NCBI GenBank assembly: GCA_964490985.1
Contig: CAZBER010000001.1
Span: 85,354-149,353, forward strand
Length of the DNA stretch: 64,000 nt
Direction: 5' to 3'
Origin: an uncultured Desulfovibrionaceae bacterium
Lineage (GTDB): Bacteria; Desulfobacterota; Desulfovibrionia; Desulfovibrionales; Desulfovibrionaceae
In this document: positions 1-8,010 of the stretch, in pieces
Numbering within the stretch: the first letter of the stretch is position 1
Layout: the number at the start of each line of letters is the position of its first letter
The notes under the pieces: model-generated
Database searches by the model: none
What the model was told of the DNA's origin: nothing
Seen by the model: the letters and a program-made list of their open reading frames with translations, nothing else
Made by a program: the position numbers and the translations under genes

Positions 1-517
1 CCAGCGACAGGTCGTCCGGGGTCGGGGTAAAAAGCAGCGGCGCCGGCTCGGTAAAAAGGTGCAGCGCGCCAAAGGTCCCCTGCAGCAGCGCGCCGCAGGC
101 CAGGGCTCCGGCCAGGCGCAAAACCGTCTGTCCCCAGAAGCCCACGCCGCATTTCTTGGCAATGGCCCCTTCCACGAAGATGTTGTGGCCCACGAGCATC
201 ATGGTGGCCAGCACCGTGGCCTGGGCCACGGTCAGGGCGGGCATGGACGGGACCAGGGCGGCATGCACGGCCAGGCCGGCGTAGAGGTTGTTGGCAATGG
301 CCGTGGCCCAGGTCAGGCCGCATTCCGGCGGCAGCCCGACCAGCCCCATGATGGGGGCCAGGGGCTTGGCCAGGTAGCCCACCAGGCCCAGCTCCTTGAG
401 CACTTTGACCGCGACCAGGATGGGGATCATGACCATGAACAGGTCACGGCAGATGCGTACGGCATCGGCCACGACCGCAAAGGCGGCCCTGGCTAGGGAA
501 GCAGGTTCAAAACGCAT
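1..517 (-). CDS. Nucleoside-recognition (Gate) domain-like inner-membrane protein, 3' end cut by window edge
   Basis: Not in ORF track because there is no in-window stop. My translation from the ATG (rc of 515-517) reads MRFEPASLARAAFAVVADAVRICRDLFMVMIPILVAVKVLKELGLVGYLAKPLAPIMGLVGLPPECGLTWATAIANNLYAG... It is hydrophobic and resembles FeoB-gate/SpmA-type proteins. The + ORF 59..496 is its Gly/His/Arg-rich antisense shadow. Confidence 0.55.
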   Translation of the reverse strand, partial: MRFEPASLARAAFAVVADAVRICRDLFMVMIPILVAVKVLKELGLVGYLAKPLAPIMGLVGLPPECGLTWATAIANNLYAGLAVHAALVPSMPALTVAQATVLATMMLVGHNIFVEGAIAKKCGVGFWGQTVLRLAGALACGALLQGTFGALHLFTEPAPLLFTPTPDDLSL

Positions 518-541
518 GGCAGGCAAAAACGGTTAAAGCCC

Positions 542-1018
542 CTAGGGCAGGACCCTGCCGCCCCGACGCATGGCGGCATAGCCGGAAAATCCGGCTTCGG
601 ACATAAGGCCCGAGCCCACGTAAATGTCGTGCCAATCCTCGGCGGAAAGGCTGGCTCCTTCCATGGCCGCCTGGAGCTGCAGGTCGTAGACCATGACCGT
701 CAAGTATTCGCGGGCAGCGGCATCCCCGGCCTTGGCCTTGGCCAGGGCCGTTTCGGTGGTGGCCGCCGGCGACCACTGCCGGTTGAGGGACCCGGCATAC
801 ACGAGGCGGGCATACCGGATGTAGTCGTCCTTGGCCTGGGGATGGCCGGCCGCGGACTTGGCCTGGACCACGGCCGCGCGCACCTGGCCCACATTGTCCG
901 AGGTCAGGGGCATGGCTGCCGGAGTCGGGGCCGGGGCGGGCCGGGATTCGGAAAACATGGCGCACCCGCCAAGAAGCAGGGTCAGGACCAGTATCGCCAG
1001 CGCCGCTTTCGCCGCCAT
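542..1018 (-). CDS. Putative lipoprotein, unknown function
   Basis: In the frame of ORF 542..1078. The internal ATG at 1018 gives MAAKAALAILVLTLLLGGC with a lipobox. No recognisable domain. Confidence 0.55.
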   Translation of the reverse strand: MAAKAALAILVLTLLLGGCAMFSESRPAPAPTPAAMPLTSDNVGQVRAAVVQAKSAAGHPQAKDDYIRYARLVYAGSLNRQWSPAATTETALAKAKAGDAAAREYLTVMVYDLQLQAAMEGASLSAEDWHDIYVGSGLMSEAGFSGYAAMRRGGRVLP

Positions 1019-1138
1019 GATCGCCTCCAGGGCCGTCCGGTTCGGGCCGGGCCAACCGACACGGCGGGAAGAAACCATGTTCCGGGGTATTTGTCCATGG
1101 CGCCGGGGCCTGCGCGGCCCCGGCGCCTTTCGGGCGGA

Positions 1139-1480
1139 TTATTCGGACAGGGCGTCAAAGGCCTCCAGGGCCCGGGAAGAATACACAAAGGCCGCCCCGG
1201 CGTTGAGGCTCACGGCCACGCCCAGGGCTTCCAGCAGCTCCTGGCGGCTGGCTCCGGCGGCAGCCGCGGCCTTGGCATGGACGGCGATGCAGGTGTCGCA
1301 CCGGGTGGTGGCGGCCACGGCCAGGGCGATCAACTCCCGGGTCTTGGCATCCAGGACGCCGTGGGTGGCTCCGGCCGCATCCAGGGTCTGGATGGCTTCC
1401 ATGATCTTGGGATTGCCCTTGGCCAGTTCGCCAAAGCCTTTCATGGCGTTTTGCAACAGTTCCTGCCATTCAACGAGCAT
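1139..1480 (-). CDS. Carboxymuconolactone decarboxylase / AhpD-like family protein
   Basis: 113 aa. TTRCDTCIAVH (CxxC-x2-H) is the core motif of AhpD/CMD proteins. ATG is preceded by GGAGG. Confidence 0.8.
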   Translation of the reverse strand: MLVEWQELLQNAMKGFGELAKGNPKIMEAIQTLDAAGATHGVLDAKTRELIALAVAATTRCDTCIAVHAKAAAAAGASRQELLEALGVAVSLNAGAAFVYSSRALEAFDALSE

Positions 1481-1598
1481 GCTGTCCTCCTTGGGCGACG
1501 CCGCCAGGCGGCGCGGTTAAGCCGGGACACGGACCCCCCGACCCCGGCGTCTCCTCGGTGCTGTCCCAAACCGGCCACAGGGTCAAGCCTCGATTTTT

Positions 1599-2168
1599 TC
1601 AGCGCGCCCCGCTTTTGGCCAGCACCTTGTCCACATAGGCCCGGGTTTCCGGGATGTCCGGCACCCCGCCGGTCTTGGCCACGCGCCCGGGACCGGCATT
1701 GTAGGCGGCCAGGGCCAGGCGCGGGTCGCCGTAGGCATCGAGCAGGGACTTGAAATAGCGGATGCCGGCCTCCAGGTTGCGGGAGCCGTCAAAGGGATCG
1801 GCAAGGCCCAGGTCCTTGCCCGTGGCCGGCATGATCTGCATCAGCCCCTCGGCGCCCCGGGGCGAGACCGCGCCCAGGGAAAAGCCCGACTCCACTTCCA
1901 CCATGGCCCGGATCAGGTTCGGGTCCACGCCGTAGCGCCGGCTGTAGTAGCGGATAAAGGCCATGACCTTGGTTTGGTCCGCACCGCTTGGCAGGCGCAT
2001 GGAGTCAAAGGCCTGGTACTGCCTGTCCAGGCGGCGGTTGCTCAAATGGATGGTGCCCTTGGCGTCGCGGTACTGGTAGATGACCTGGGATTGGCCAAAG
2101 CAGGCCGTGGCCCCGGCCAAGAGGCAGCAGACCAAGGCAAGGCAGGCGGCCGGGCGACGGATGTCCAT
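1599..2168 (-). CDS. Lytic transglycosylase (SLT domain) with signal peptide and DUF4124-like N-terminus
   Basis: Motifs EVESGF, GLMQIMPATG and AYNAGPGRV are present. N-terminal signal is LALVCCLLAGATA. IYQYRDAKGTIHLSN resembles DUF4124. Confidence 0.85.
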   Translation of the reverse strand: MDIRRPAACLALVCCLLAGATACFGQSQVIYQYRDAKGTIHLSNRRLDRQYQAFDSMRLPSGADQTKVMAFIRYYSRRYGVDPNLIRAMVEVESGFSLGAVSPRGAEGLMQIMPATGKDLGLADPFDGSRNLEAGIRYFKSLLDAYGDPRLALAAYNAGPGRVAKTGGVPDIPETRAYVDKVLAKSGAR

Positions 2169-2317
2169 GGGCGGATTGTGCGTTGGCTCGGCTCGTTTGG
2201 CAACAGATGTCTACTGTTGCGTCCTCAAAAAGAGGATACGCAACTTCCAGTGGCAACTCACTTGGATAATTATTTTTTTCTTAAAAAATACTGACGTATT
2301 TTTTAAGAGACGCAACA

Positions 2318-3745
2318 CTAACGCCTGAAGTCCAGGGCGAAATCGTGGATGGCCACGGTTTGGGTGCTCTCGCCCGTGCCTTCGGTCCAGCCGAAATAGA
2401 CGCGGTCCAGGCGGGCATGGTCGCTTCCGTCCAGGCGGGCCGTGTAATTGAGCTGGGGGCTTTCGGCCGCATAATCCCGGGTCACGTCGGCAAACTCCGC
2501 CCCTGCGCCATCGACCCAGGCCAGTACGGTGTAAACGCCCTGCCCGGCGTCGCCGGTGCGCCAGATTTCCAGGCGCATGGCATGCTCCTGGCCGTCTTCC
2601 AGCCAGTTGGAGCCGTGATCGGGCTTGGCGACCTCATAATAGCCGCCGCTGTCCGCGGCATTGGGATTGCGGGGCCTCGTGCCCACGCCATGCACGTTGT
2701 CGTCATTGCTCGTCGTGGTGCTGCCCCAAAAGACCACGGCCATGTGGTTGCTGTTGGAGTTGTCGCGCCTGGAGTTGATCCGCTCCGGCGGGTTGCTTCC
2801 CTTGTTGGGAAAGACGTCGACTTCCACGGCCATTTTCGGCGGCGCAATGCCCCGGCCGCTGGGTCCTGGGCCGGCATAGCCCAGGTATTCGCTCCGGAAA
2901 TCCGAGGCCGGACCGCCGGCGGCGAAGCCGGGATCGTTGTCGGCGGTCATGACCGTAAAGGTGAAGCCGTCACCCAGGTCCCCGGAATCATCGCTGTCGT
3001 CGTAACCGGAAAAAGAGAATCCGAAATAGGCCCGCAGGCCGTTGGCAAAGGCGCATTTCCCATCCAGGCAGGCGCCGTCCGGGCACACGCCATCCGGGCA
3101 GACGCCGTGGTCCCCGACATACCAGACAGCGCCGTGGGCATCGGCCACCCCGCCGCCCAGCCGCATCCAGCCGCTGTCGTAGCGGGAGACGTTTTCGGAC
3201 CAGAGGCTGGCCCACTCGGCTTCGGTAAAGCCCGGGGGCGCGGCGGACCGGTCCGAGGCGAAGATGAGGATGGCGTTGCGGTTGTTCGTGGTCTGTCCCA
3301 CCACGGGAAGCTGGAATCCGCCCAGGTCATTGGCGAAGGTGATGGGTCCCAGACCGGCGCGGCGGGCGGTCAGATGGATGTTGGTCTCTTGAGGAGTATT
3401 GGGAAAGGCGCGGCCCAGGCAACTGACGGTGTAGTATCCCGAGGCGTCGGGGCCGGACTCGGTCAGGGTAAAGGTGTCGCCGTTTACGTTGAAAACGCCG
3501 GTGCGTCCCTGCTGCCAGAAATTGAGGCCGGACAGGGCCAGGTAGTAGGCGCGTTGCTCATTGTATCCGGCAATGGTGGTCATGGCCGCACCAGGCGTCA
3601 GCGCGGCCACGGCGGCAGCCAGGGCGGAGAGGAGGACTAGGGCGGCGATGCAGTACAGGAGGACGGCGCCGGATTGGAGGCGGTACGGCGCAGACAATGG
3701 GCGCGGAAATGGATGGGGCGAGGCCACTCCGTTGCCGAAGACCAC
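2318..3745 (-). CDS. PilX_N-type minor-pilin-like protein with C-terminal L-type (legume-like) lectin / ConA-fold domain
   Basis: The N-terminus has a hydrophobic helix SGAVLLYCIAALVLLSALAAAV followed by EQRAYYLALSGLNF, which resembles PilX_N. C-terminal strings GDGFTFTVMTADN, MAVEVDVFPN, NHMAVVFWGS, VYTVLAWVDG and VYFGWTEGTGESTQTVAIHDFAL resemble legume-lectin strands. The start is GTG at 3745, with an alternative TTG at 3697. Confidence 0.7.
   Translation of the reverse strand: MVFGNGVASPHPFPRPLSAPYRLQSGAVLLYCIAALVLLSALAAAVAALTPGAAMTTIAGYNEQRAYYLALSGLNFWQQGRTGVFNVNGDTFTLTESGPDASGYYTVSCLGRAFPNTPQETNIHLTARRAGLGPITFANDLGGFQLPVVGQTTNNRNAILIFASDRSAAPPGFTEAEWASLWSENVSRYDSGWMRLGGGVADAHGAVWYVGDHGVCPDGVCPDGACLDGKCAFANGLRAYFGFSFSGYDDSDDSGDLGDGFTFTVMTADNDPGFAAGGPASDFRSEYLGYAGPGPSGRGIAPPKMAVEVDVFPNKGSNPPERINSRRDNSNSNHMAVVFWGSTTTSNDDNVHGVGTRPRNPNAADSGGYYEVAKPDHGSNWLEDGQEHAMRLEIWRTGDAGQGVYTVLAWVDGAGAEFADVTRDYAAESPQLNYTARLDGSDHARLDRVYFGWTEGTGESTQTVAIHDFALDFRR
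3059..3110 (-). repeat. In-frame 15-nt tandem repeat (about 3.5 units) encoding C-(P/L)-D-G-x pentapeptides
   Basis: On the plus strand: cccatccaggcaggc / gccgtccgggcacac / gccatccgggcagac / gccgtgg. It encodes HGVCPDGVCPDGACLDGKC inside the lectin-type protein. Confidence 0.8.
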
Positions 3746-4077
3746 TGCGCCTCCCGCCGCCGAGATACACCGGCAATGCCATATGCCGACGGCATGAAAT
3801 GATGGTGCCGCGATACTGTAACGGCACGGGAACGGCTATAAGATAGTAGAATCAGGAGAAAAGACAAGACACATTCAATTTATTTACATATAAATATAGA
3901 TATACTAAAAACGCATAAATGGCGTCATGCGGCTCCGAATCCATGCTTCTTGTTTATAGCAGCATACCTCCTGTAAAAAAGAGAACCGCTTTTTCCAAGC
4001 AGTCCAGGAAACGGAAAAAGCAACATACAATTGAGGCCGTCTAGAATTTGAAGGCTGGCAAAGACAGGATCAGGCAG

Positions 4078-5736
4078 TTATTGCCAGAATTTTGCAGCGT
4101 AGGCTGATTGGACAAATGTTGTGTCAACTTGGTTTACGTTATTGATAACGCCAATTAAGCTTGCAAACGACCCAATCAACTCGTTTTGATTCCCGAACGA
4201 AATATCGCCTTTGCTCAACATTCCGCCGAACCACAGGGCTTGGTTGCCCATGGATACCCTGCCGTGGCTTTCAATATAGACTTTGGCGGCAAGCGCCGGA
4301 TCGGCCTGATCAAACTTCTTCCAGGAAGAGCCGTCGGAGGAAATATAGATATCGTTGCTCCCGGAGATGTTCACATCTCCTTCCACTAAGATGGTGATGT
4401 AGCCCGTAGATACGTCGAGCTTGAGCGTCGATTGCCAGCCGAGGGTGAATGTTTTGAATTTAATGGCCTTTTCTGGAGATAGCGTCGGGTCTCCCGTCAA
4501 GACAATAGTATTTTTGCCATTATCGGTAACCGTTCCATAAGAACCTGGAGAATATTTATATGTTCCACTACTCCAATTCAGATTGCTGTTCGTTCCTCCG
4601 GCGGTGAACTCCGTACGCTTGGGAACCGACGGGATAGAGCAGGCATGGGGCGTATCAGGATCGATCAACGGTGGTTTTGAGGCATATTGCGTTTTCGTTC
4701 CATCCACGCGGAGATAGCTTGAGTTCGAAGTAATGGTTCCACCGGCCACGGCATCACCTTTGATGCGCCCATTCCAGGTTCCCGTGATGTTGCCGCCGGC
4801 ATAGGCATTCTTTCCGATGATGCAGCCATTGTTCAGGGTGATGTTGCCCTTGGCCTTAACGTTGCCATTAATTTTTGAATTGTTGGACCCCAAGGTCACG
4901 CTTCCCCCAGCATTGACATCACCTTGCACCACGGCTTCGTTTTGCAACGTGACATTGCCGGTAGCCCGAATGCTCCCCACTACCGTGGCGCTGTTGCTGC
5001 CCACGATCACGTCACCCGTGGCATCGATATCGCCGCCAACGGAAGTCTGGTTTTGCAGGCTGACATCTCCCTGGGCGCAGACGTATCCGCCAACAGTGGC
5101 ATGATTGACCAGAGTGACATTACCGGAAGAAAGTACCTTGCCGGAGACCGAAGATTGGTTGCTTAAGGTGACGCCGTTTCCGACGATATCGCCAGTCACG
5201 GTCTGTTGATTAGAAAGCGTAAGGTTTCCGCCATAGGAGCCCAGGACATAGTCTGACGGAGAGATATGGCCAGGAGGAGAGGGATCTTCGCCGCTATCTG
5301 GATTGGATTGCGATGTAAAAGTCACACTGGCAATTCTGAAGCTTGCTTCCGCACCCGTGGCGCTATTGACCACTCCCTCGACAGTCGCCATGTAATTTGG
5401 CGGTGGTGTAGCTGCATTTGAAACAAATAGTTTAAATTGAGAATTTCCATTCAAGGCATAGGTACTATTTTTTCCAAGCAAGCTGGCAACATCCGTTTGT
5501 GTTAGGGACTTGACGTAATTGAGTCCAGACAACGCAACATAATACGCCTGTTGCTCTCGTTCGCCAGTCAATTTTTCCTGCAGCGACGAAGAACTCATGA
5601 CGGCTATTCCTGCGCCGATGGCCCCCAGCAAGGTCAATGCCGCCACAATATACAACAGCGCCGCGCCGCTGGTATTCAATGCAAACCACCCACATCCGTA
5701 CCTCAGGAAAGCGCTCCGAAACAGCCTTTGTTTCAT
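4078..5736 (-). CDS. PilX_N-type minor-pilin-like protein with bactofilin-like beta-helix repeat module
   Basis: The N-terminus SGAALLYIVAALTLLGAIGAGIAV + EQQAYYVALSGLNY is paralogous to 2318..3745. Residues about 165-340 are degenerate ~18-20-aa repeats (GDIVGNGVTLSNQSSVSGKVLSSGNVTLVNHATVGGYV...GDVNAGGSVTLGSNNSKINGNVKAKGNITL). ATG start. Low G+C (25/60 at 4081-4140). Confidence 0.7.
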   Translation of the reverse strand: MKQRLFRSAFLRYGCGWFALNTSGAALLYIVAALTLLGAIGAGIAVMSSSSLQEKLTGEREQQAYYVALSGLNYVKSLTQTDVASLLGKNSTYALNGNSQFKLFVSNAATPPPNYMATVEGVVNSATGAEASFRIASVTFTSQSNPDSGEDPSPPGHISPSDYVLGSYGGNLTLSNQQTVTGDIVGNGVTLSNQSSVSGKVLSSGNVTLVNHATVGGYVCAQGDVSLQNQTSVGGDIDATGDVIVGSNSATVVGSIRATGNVTLQNEAVVQGDVNAGGSVTLGSNNSKINGNVKAKGNITLNNGCIIGKNAYAGGNITGTWNGRIKGDAVAGGTITSNSSYLRVDGTKTQYASKPPLIDPDTPHACSIPSVPKRTEFTAGGTNSNLNWSSGTYKYSPGSYGTVTDNGKNTIVLTGDPTLSPEKAIKFKTFTLGWQSTLKLDVSTGYITILVEGDVNISGSNDIYISSDGSSWKKFDQADPALAAKVYIESHGRVSMGNQALWFGGMLSKGDISFGNQNELIGSFASLIGVINNVNQVDTTFVQSAYAAKFWQ

Positions 5737-5746
5737 GGCTTCCCCC

Positions 5747-6259
5747 CTACTGAATCTTGTTGATGGCCACGCGTGTGGAAAACGTTTTAGTCACGCCTGG
5801 TTCCCAACTCGTACCATGCATAATCAATGTCACGCCAATAATGCTTGTGGTAGCGCTATTAAAACTGGAACTCGCGGCCCCATCATACGTATCGTAATAC
5901 TGAAATAGCAAGCCGTTATCCGCCAGTTCATCCGCCAAGATAAAATTTTGTCCGCCTTCACTGTACAGCAATGCAGTGCCGCTTTGTGAAATGGTATGTT
6001 GGCCGATCCCCGACGTACCATACGTCAAACTGGTGCCGGTCCCGCTCGTTGAGCCCGGAGTAAGGTAAGTGAATTCAATGGTCATCCGGTTGAGCGCCAT
6101 CTGCGCCTTTTGGGCTACTTCGTCGGAACTGCGGGCCTGCAAATACCCTCCCAAAACGGATTGCAGCATCTCGGTTCCGCCTATCCCCAGCAGGGCAAGG
6201 ATAACCAGCACCGCGATCATTTCGATGAGGGTAAACCCGCAAGTAAATTTCTTCCTCAT
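5747..6259 (-). CDS. Pseudopilin with prepilin N-terminal cleavage/methylation motif (GspJ/PulJ-like)
   Basis: MRKKFTCG/FTLIEMIAVLVILALLG. ATG at 6259; the ORF track starts at an upstream GTG (6277). 10-nt gap to the next gene. Confidence 0.7.
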   Translation of the reverse strand: MRKKFTCGFTLIEMIAVLVILALLGIGGTEMLQSVLGGYLQARSSDEVAQKAQMALNRMTIEFTYLTPGSTSGTGTSLTYGTSGIGQHTISQSGTALLYSEGGQNFILADELADNGLLFQYYDTYDGAASSSFNSATTSIIGVTLIMHGTSWEPGVTKTFSTRVAINKIQ

Positions 6260-6289
6260 CGCCTTGCCCTTGCCCACAGTATTCTCTGA

Positions 6290-6721
6290 CTATTGTTTGG
6301 AAAACAGATAGGTCAAGCTGACCCCGGTGCTGGAAGACGGCTTTATCGTGACCAGCAGATATTGAGGGCTGGCCCCGGTATCGTCCACAAAGGCATTTTC
6401 CGAGAGCTTAACGTATTTATTCACGGATACATAATAGGAAGAACCCGTCGGCGCGTAGCCCGTCGTGATCGTGCTGCCGGCCGCGCCGATCTTCGTCTTC
6501 AAGCCATCGAGGTTGGCCTTATAGTTCTTGGTGTAATCCTGAATCATGTTCTCCAGGACCTGCTGCAAGGCGGCATCGGTCTGCAGTTGGCTGATGGGCA
6601 CGTCCGTCCGCGTCACCCCAACGTTGAAATATGCCATCGCCATGGCAGCCAGTATGCCAAGCAGCACCAGCGTGGCGATGACCTCTATGAGCGTGAAGCC
6701 GCGCGAATGATGGGATGTCAT
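6290..6721 (-). CDS. Pseudopilin (prepilin N-methylation motif)
   Basis: MTSHHSRG/FTLIEVIATLVLLGILAAMA. ATGA overlap with the upstream gene. Confidence 0.75.
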   Translation of the reverse strand: MTSHHSRGFTLIEVIATLVLLGILAAMAMAYFNVGVTRTDVPISQLQTDAALQQVLENMIQDYTKNYKANLDGLKTKIGAAGSTITTGYAPTGSSYYVSVNKYVKLSENAFVDDTGASPQYLLVTIKPSSSTGVSLTYLFSKQ

Positions 6722-7218
6722 GGAATGAATCCCGTATACGGCGTGATGGTCACGTTCACGCCGGCCGATTGCGTTACCATGATAGTCTGAGGCGTGGTGA
6801 CCTGCACGGGGGACTGGGTGGCGGGATCGGTGATCTGGTTCGATACCGGCTCACCGCGCCAGTCGAACCGGATCGTCGTGCCTGCCCCGGTGGTGATGGA
6901 TACGCCGCTTGGCAAGGTGCGCGTCGCCCCAGTGCCGCCCGGCAGCACCGCGCCATTGACGTTGGGGTTGTCCTCGACAAGGGTGTAGGAGTTTCCGCCG
7001 ATGGAGATGCCCCAGGTGTAGATGTCGGCCATGGCCCGGACCTGGGCATAGCGCAGGGCCGCCTTGAGGGCCTCGGCCTCGGCCACGGCCGAGGCGTTGG
7101 TCTTGGAAAATTTCACCGTAGCCACGGCCGCCAGAATGCCTAGGAGCAACAGTACGACTACGGCTTCGATTATTGTGAAACCGCCGTCAGGCTTCCTCTT
7201 TCGGGCAACGCACGACAT
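6718..7218 (-). CDS. Pseudopilin, GspH/FimT-like
   Basis: MSCVARKRKPDGG/FTIIEAVVVLLLLGILAAVA, then AEALKAALRYAQVRAM, which is typical of GspH/FimT-type minor pilins. Confidence 0.7.
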   Translation of the reverse strand: MSCVARKRKPDGGFTIIEAVVVLLLLGILAAVATVKFSKTNASAVAEAEALKAALRYAQVRAMADIYTWGISIGGNSYTLVEDNPNVNGAVLPGGTGATRTLPSGVSITTGAGTTIRFDWRGEPVSNQITDPATQSPVQVTTPQTIMVTQSAGVNVTITPYTGFIP

Positions 7219-7316
7219 GCTGCAAACCTGTCTTTTCAGAGCGACTACGGCTGCCCGTCCCGGAGGTCAAGCGGCGCGCTTAGGATTTTCCGGTCTTGGA
7301 GTTGAGCATATAAGGC

Positions 7317-7730
7317 CTATTTTTCATCAACATATAATGTAAAGGCTTGCGTCAATCCTGTTTCCAATGTGGCAACCCAGGCCGGACTGCCTTCGGCCAA
7401 GACCGTGGCCACGCAGGAACCGTCCGTGACACAGGCGTAATTTCCCCTGAAGTCCCCATACATCATAGTGGTGGCATCGGCCGCAGCCGACCAGTTATTG
7501 GCCACAGAAGGATCTGAAAGAAGCGCCTTGGAGTAATCCATGGTCGCCTGCGACGATATCGCTGCGAATGCGCCCTTGAGAGCTAGCGTCTGCGCATCCT
7601 TACGCAGATCGGTATATTTGGTCACAGCCACCGCAGCCAGTATTCCAACAATACTTAAAACAGTAATTATCTCTAAAAGAGTAAAACCCTGAGGGCCTTT
7701 CCTGGCGATATTCAGTGGTCGATTGCCCAT
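7317..7730 (-). CDS. Type IV pilin, paralog 2 (MshA/MshB-like), with a Cys pair
   Basis: MGNRPLNIARKGPQG/FTLLEIITVLSIVGILAAVAV. Clearly paralogous to 8011..8433. Contains YACVTDGSC. Confidence 0.8.
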   Translation of the reverse strand: MGNRPLNIARKGPQGFTLLEIITVLSIVGILAAVAVTKYTDLRKDAQTLALKGAFAAISSQATMDYSKALLSDPSVANNWSAAADATTMMYGDFRGNYACVTDGSCVATVLAEGSPAWVATLETGLTQAFTLYVDEK

Positions 7731-7952
7731 GAAATTAGTCTAACTCAAGGATTAATTACTAAACAAGCACCAGCCTGAAGCTGATGGGTTTAAAACCAAA
7801 GGACTGGAAGTCCAGGGTAGTCTTCGGAGCCGGTTATTATGAATATTAAATCCATCATCCAGACTCGCAGAAAACCAAAGAGTTGAAGACAAATCCAACT
7901 ACTAGCTGAAAGCTACCCGGCTGAAGCCGAGGGGGTTAAGCCCTAACTACAC

Positions 7953-7992
7953 TGCAGGCGGTGAATACATTTAAGTTGATTCGCCGCCTGCA
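7953..7992 (-). terminator. Stem-loop 19 nt downstream of pilin paralog 1 (candidate attenuating terminator)
   Basis: 13-bp arms tgcaggcggtgaa / ttcgccgcctgca with one G-U position and a 14-nt loop. The following minus-strand sequence is only moderately U-rich. Confidence 0.45.
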
Positions 7993-8010
7993 TCAATTGA
8001 CTGTTCCTTT

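Noticed and set aside
59-496. 145-aa plus-strand ORF
   Set aside because: It is an antisense shadow of the Gate-domain membrane protein gene that runs off the left edge. It is rich in Gly, His and Gln.
2280-2307. Perfect 12-bp AT-rich inverted repeat cttaaaaaatac-tgac-gtattttttaag just after the lectin-type gene, considered as a terminator
   Set aside because: The stem is almost entirely A/T and therefore weak. On the transcribed minus strand it is followed by an A-run, not a U-run. It may still be a protein-binding site.
3927-3943. Sigma54-like element TGGATT-CGGAG-CCGCA upstream of the lectin-type gene, and similar weak GG-N10-GC matches at 7904-7919 and 20293-20309
   Set aside because: The spacing is correct, but the -12 box is CCGC/CAGC rather than TTGC and the -24 box is poor. 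Such matches are expected by chance in GC-rich DNA.
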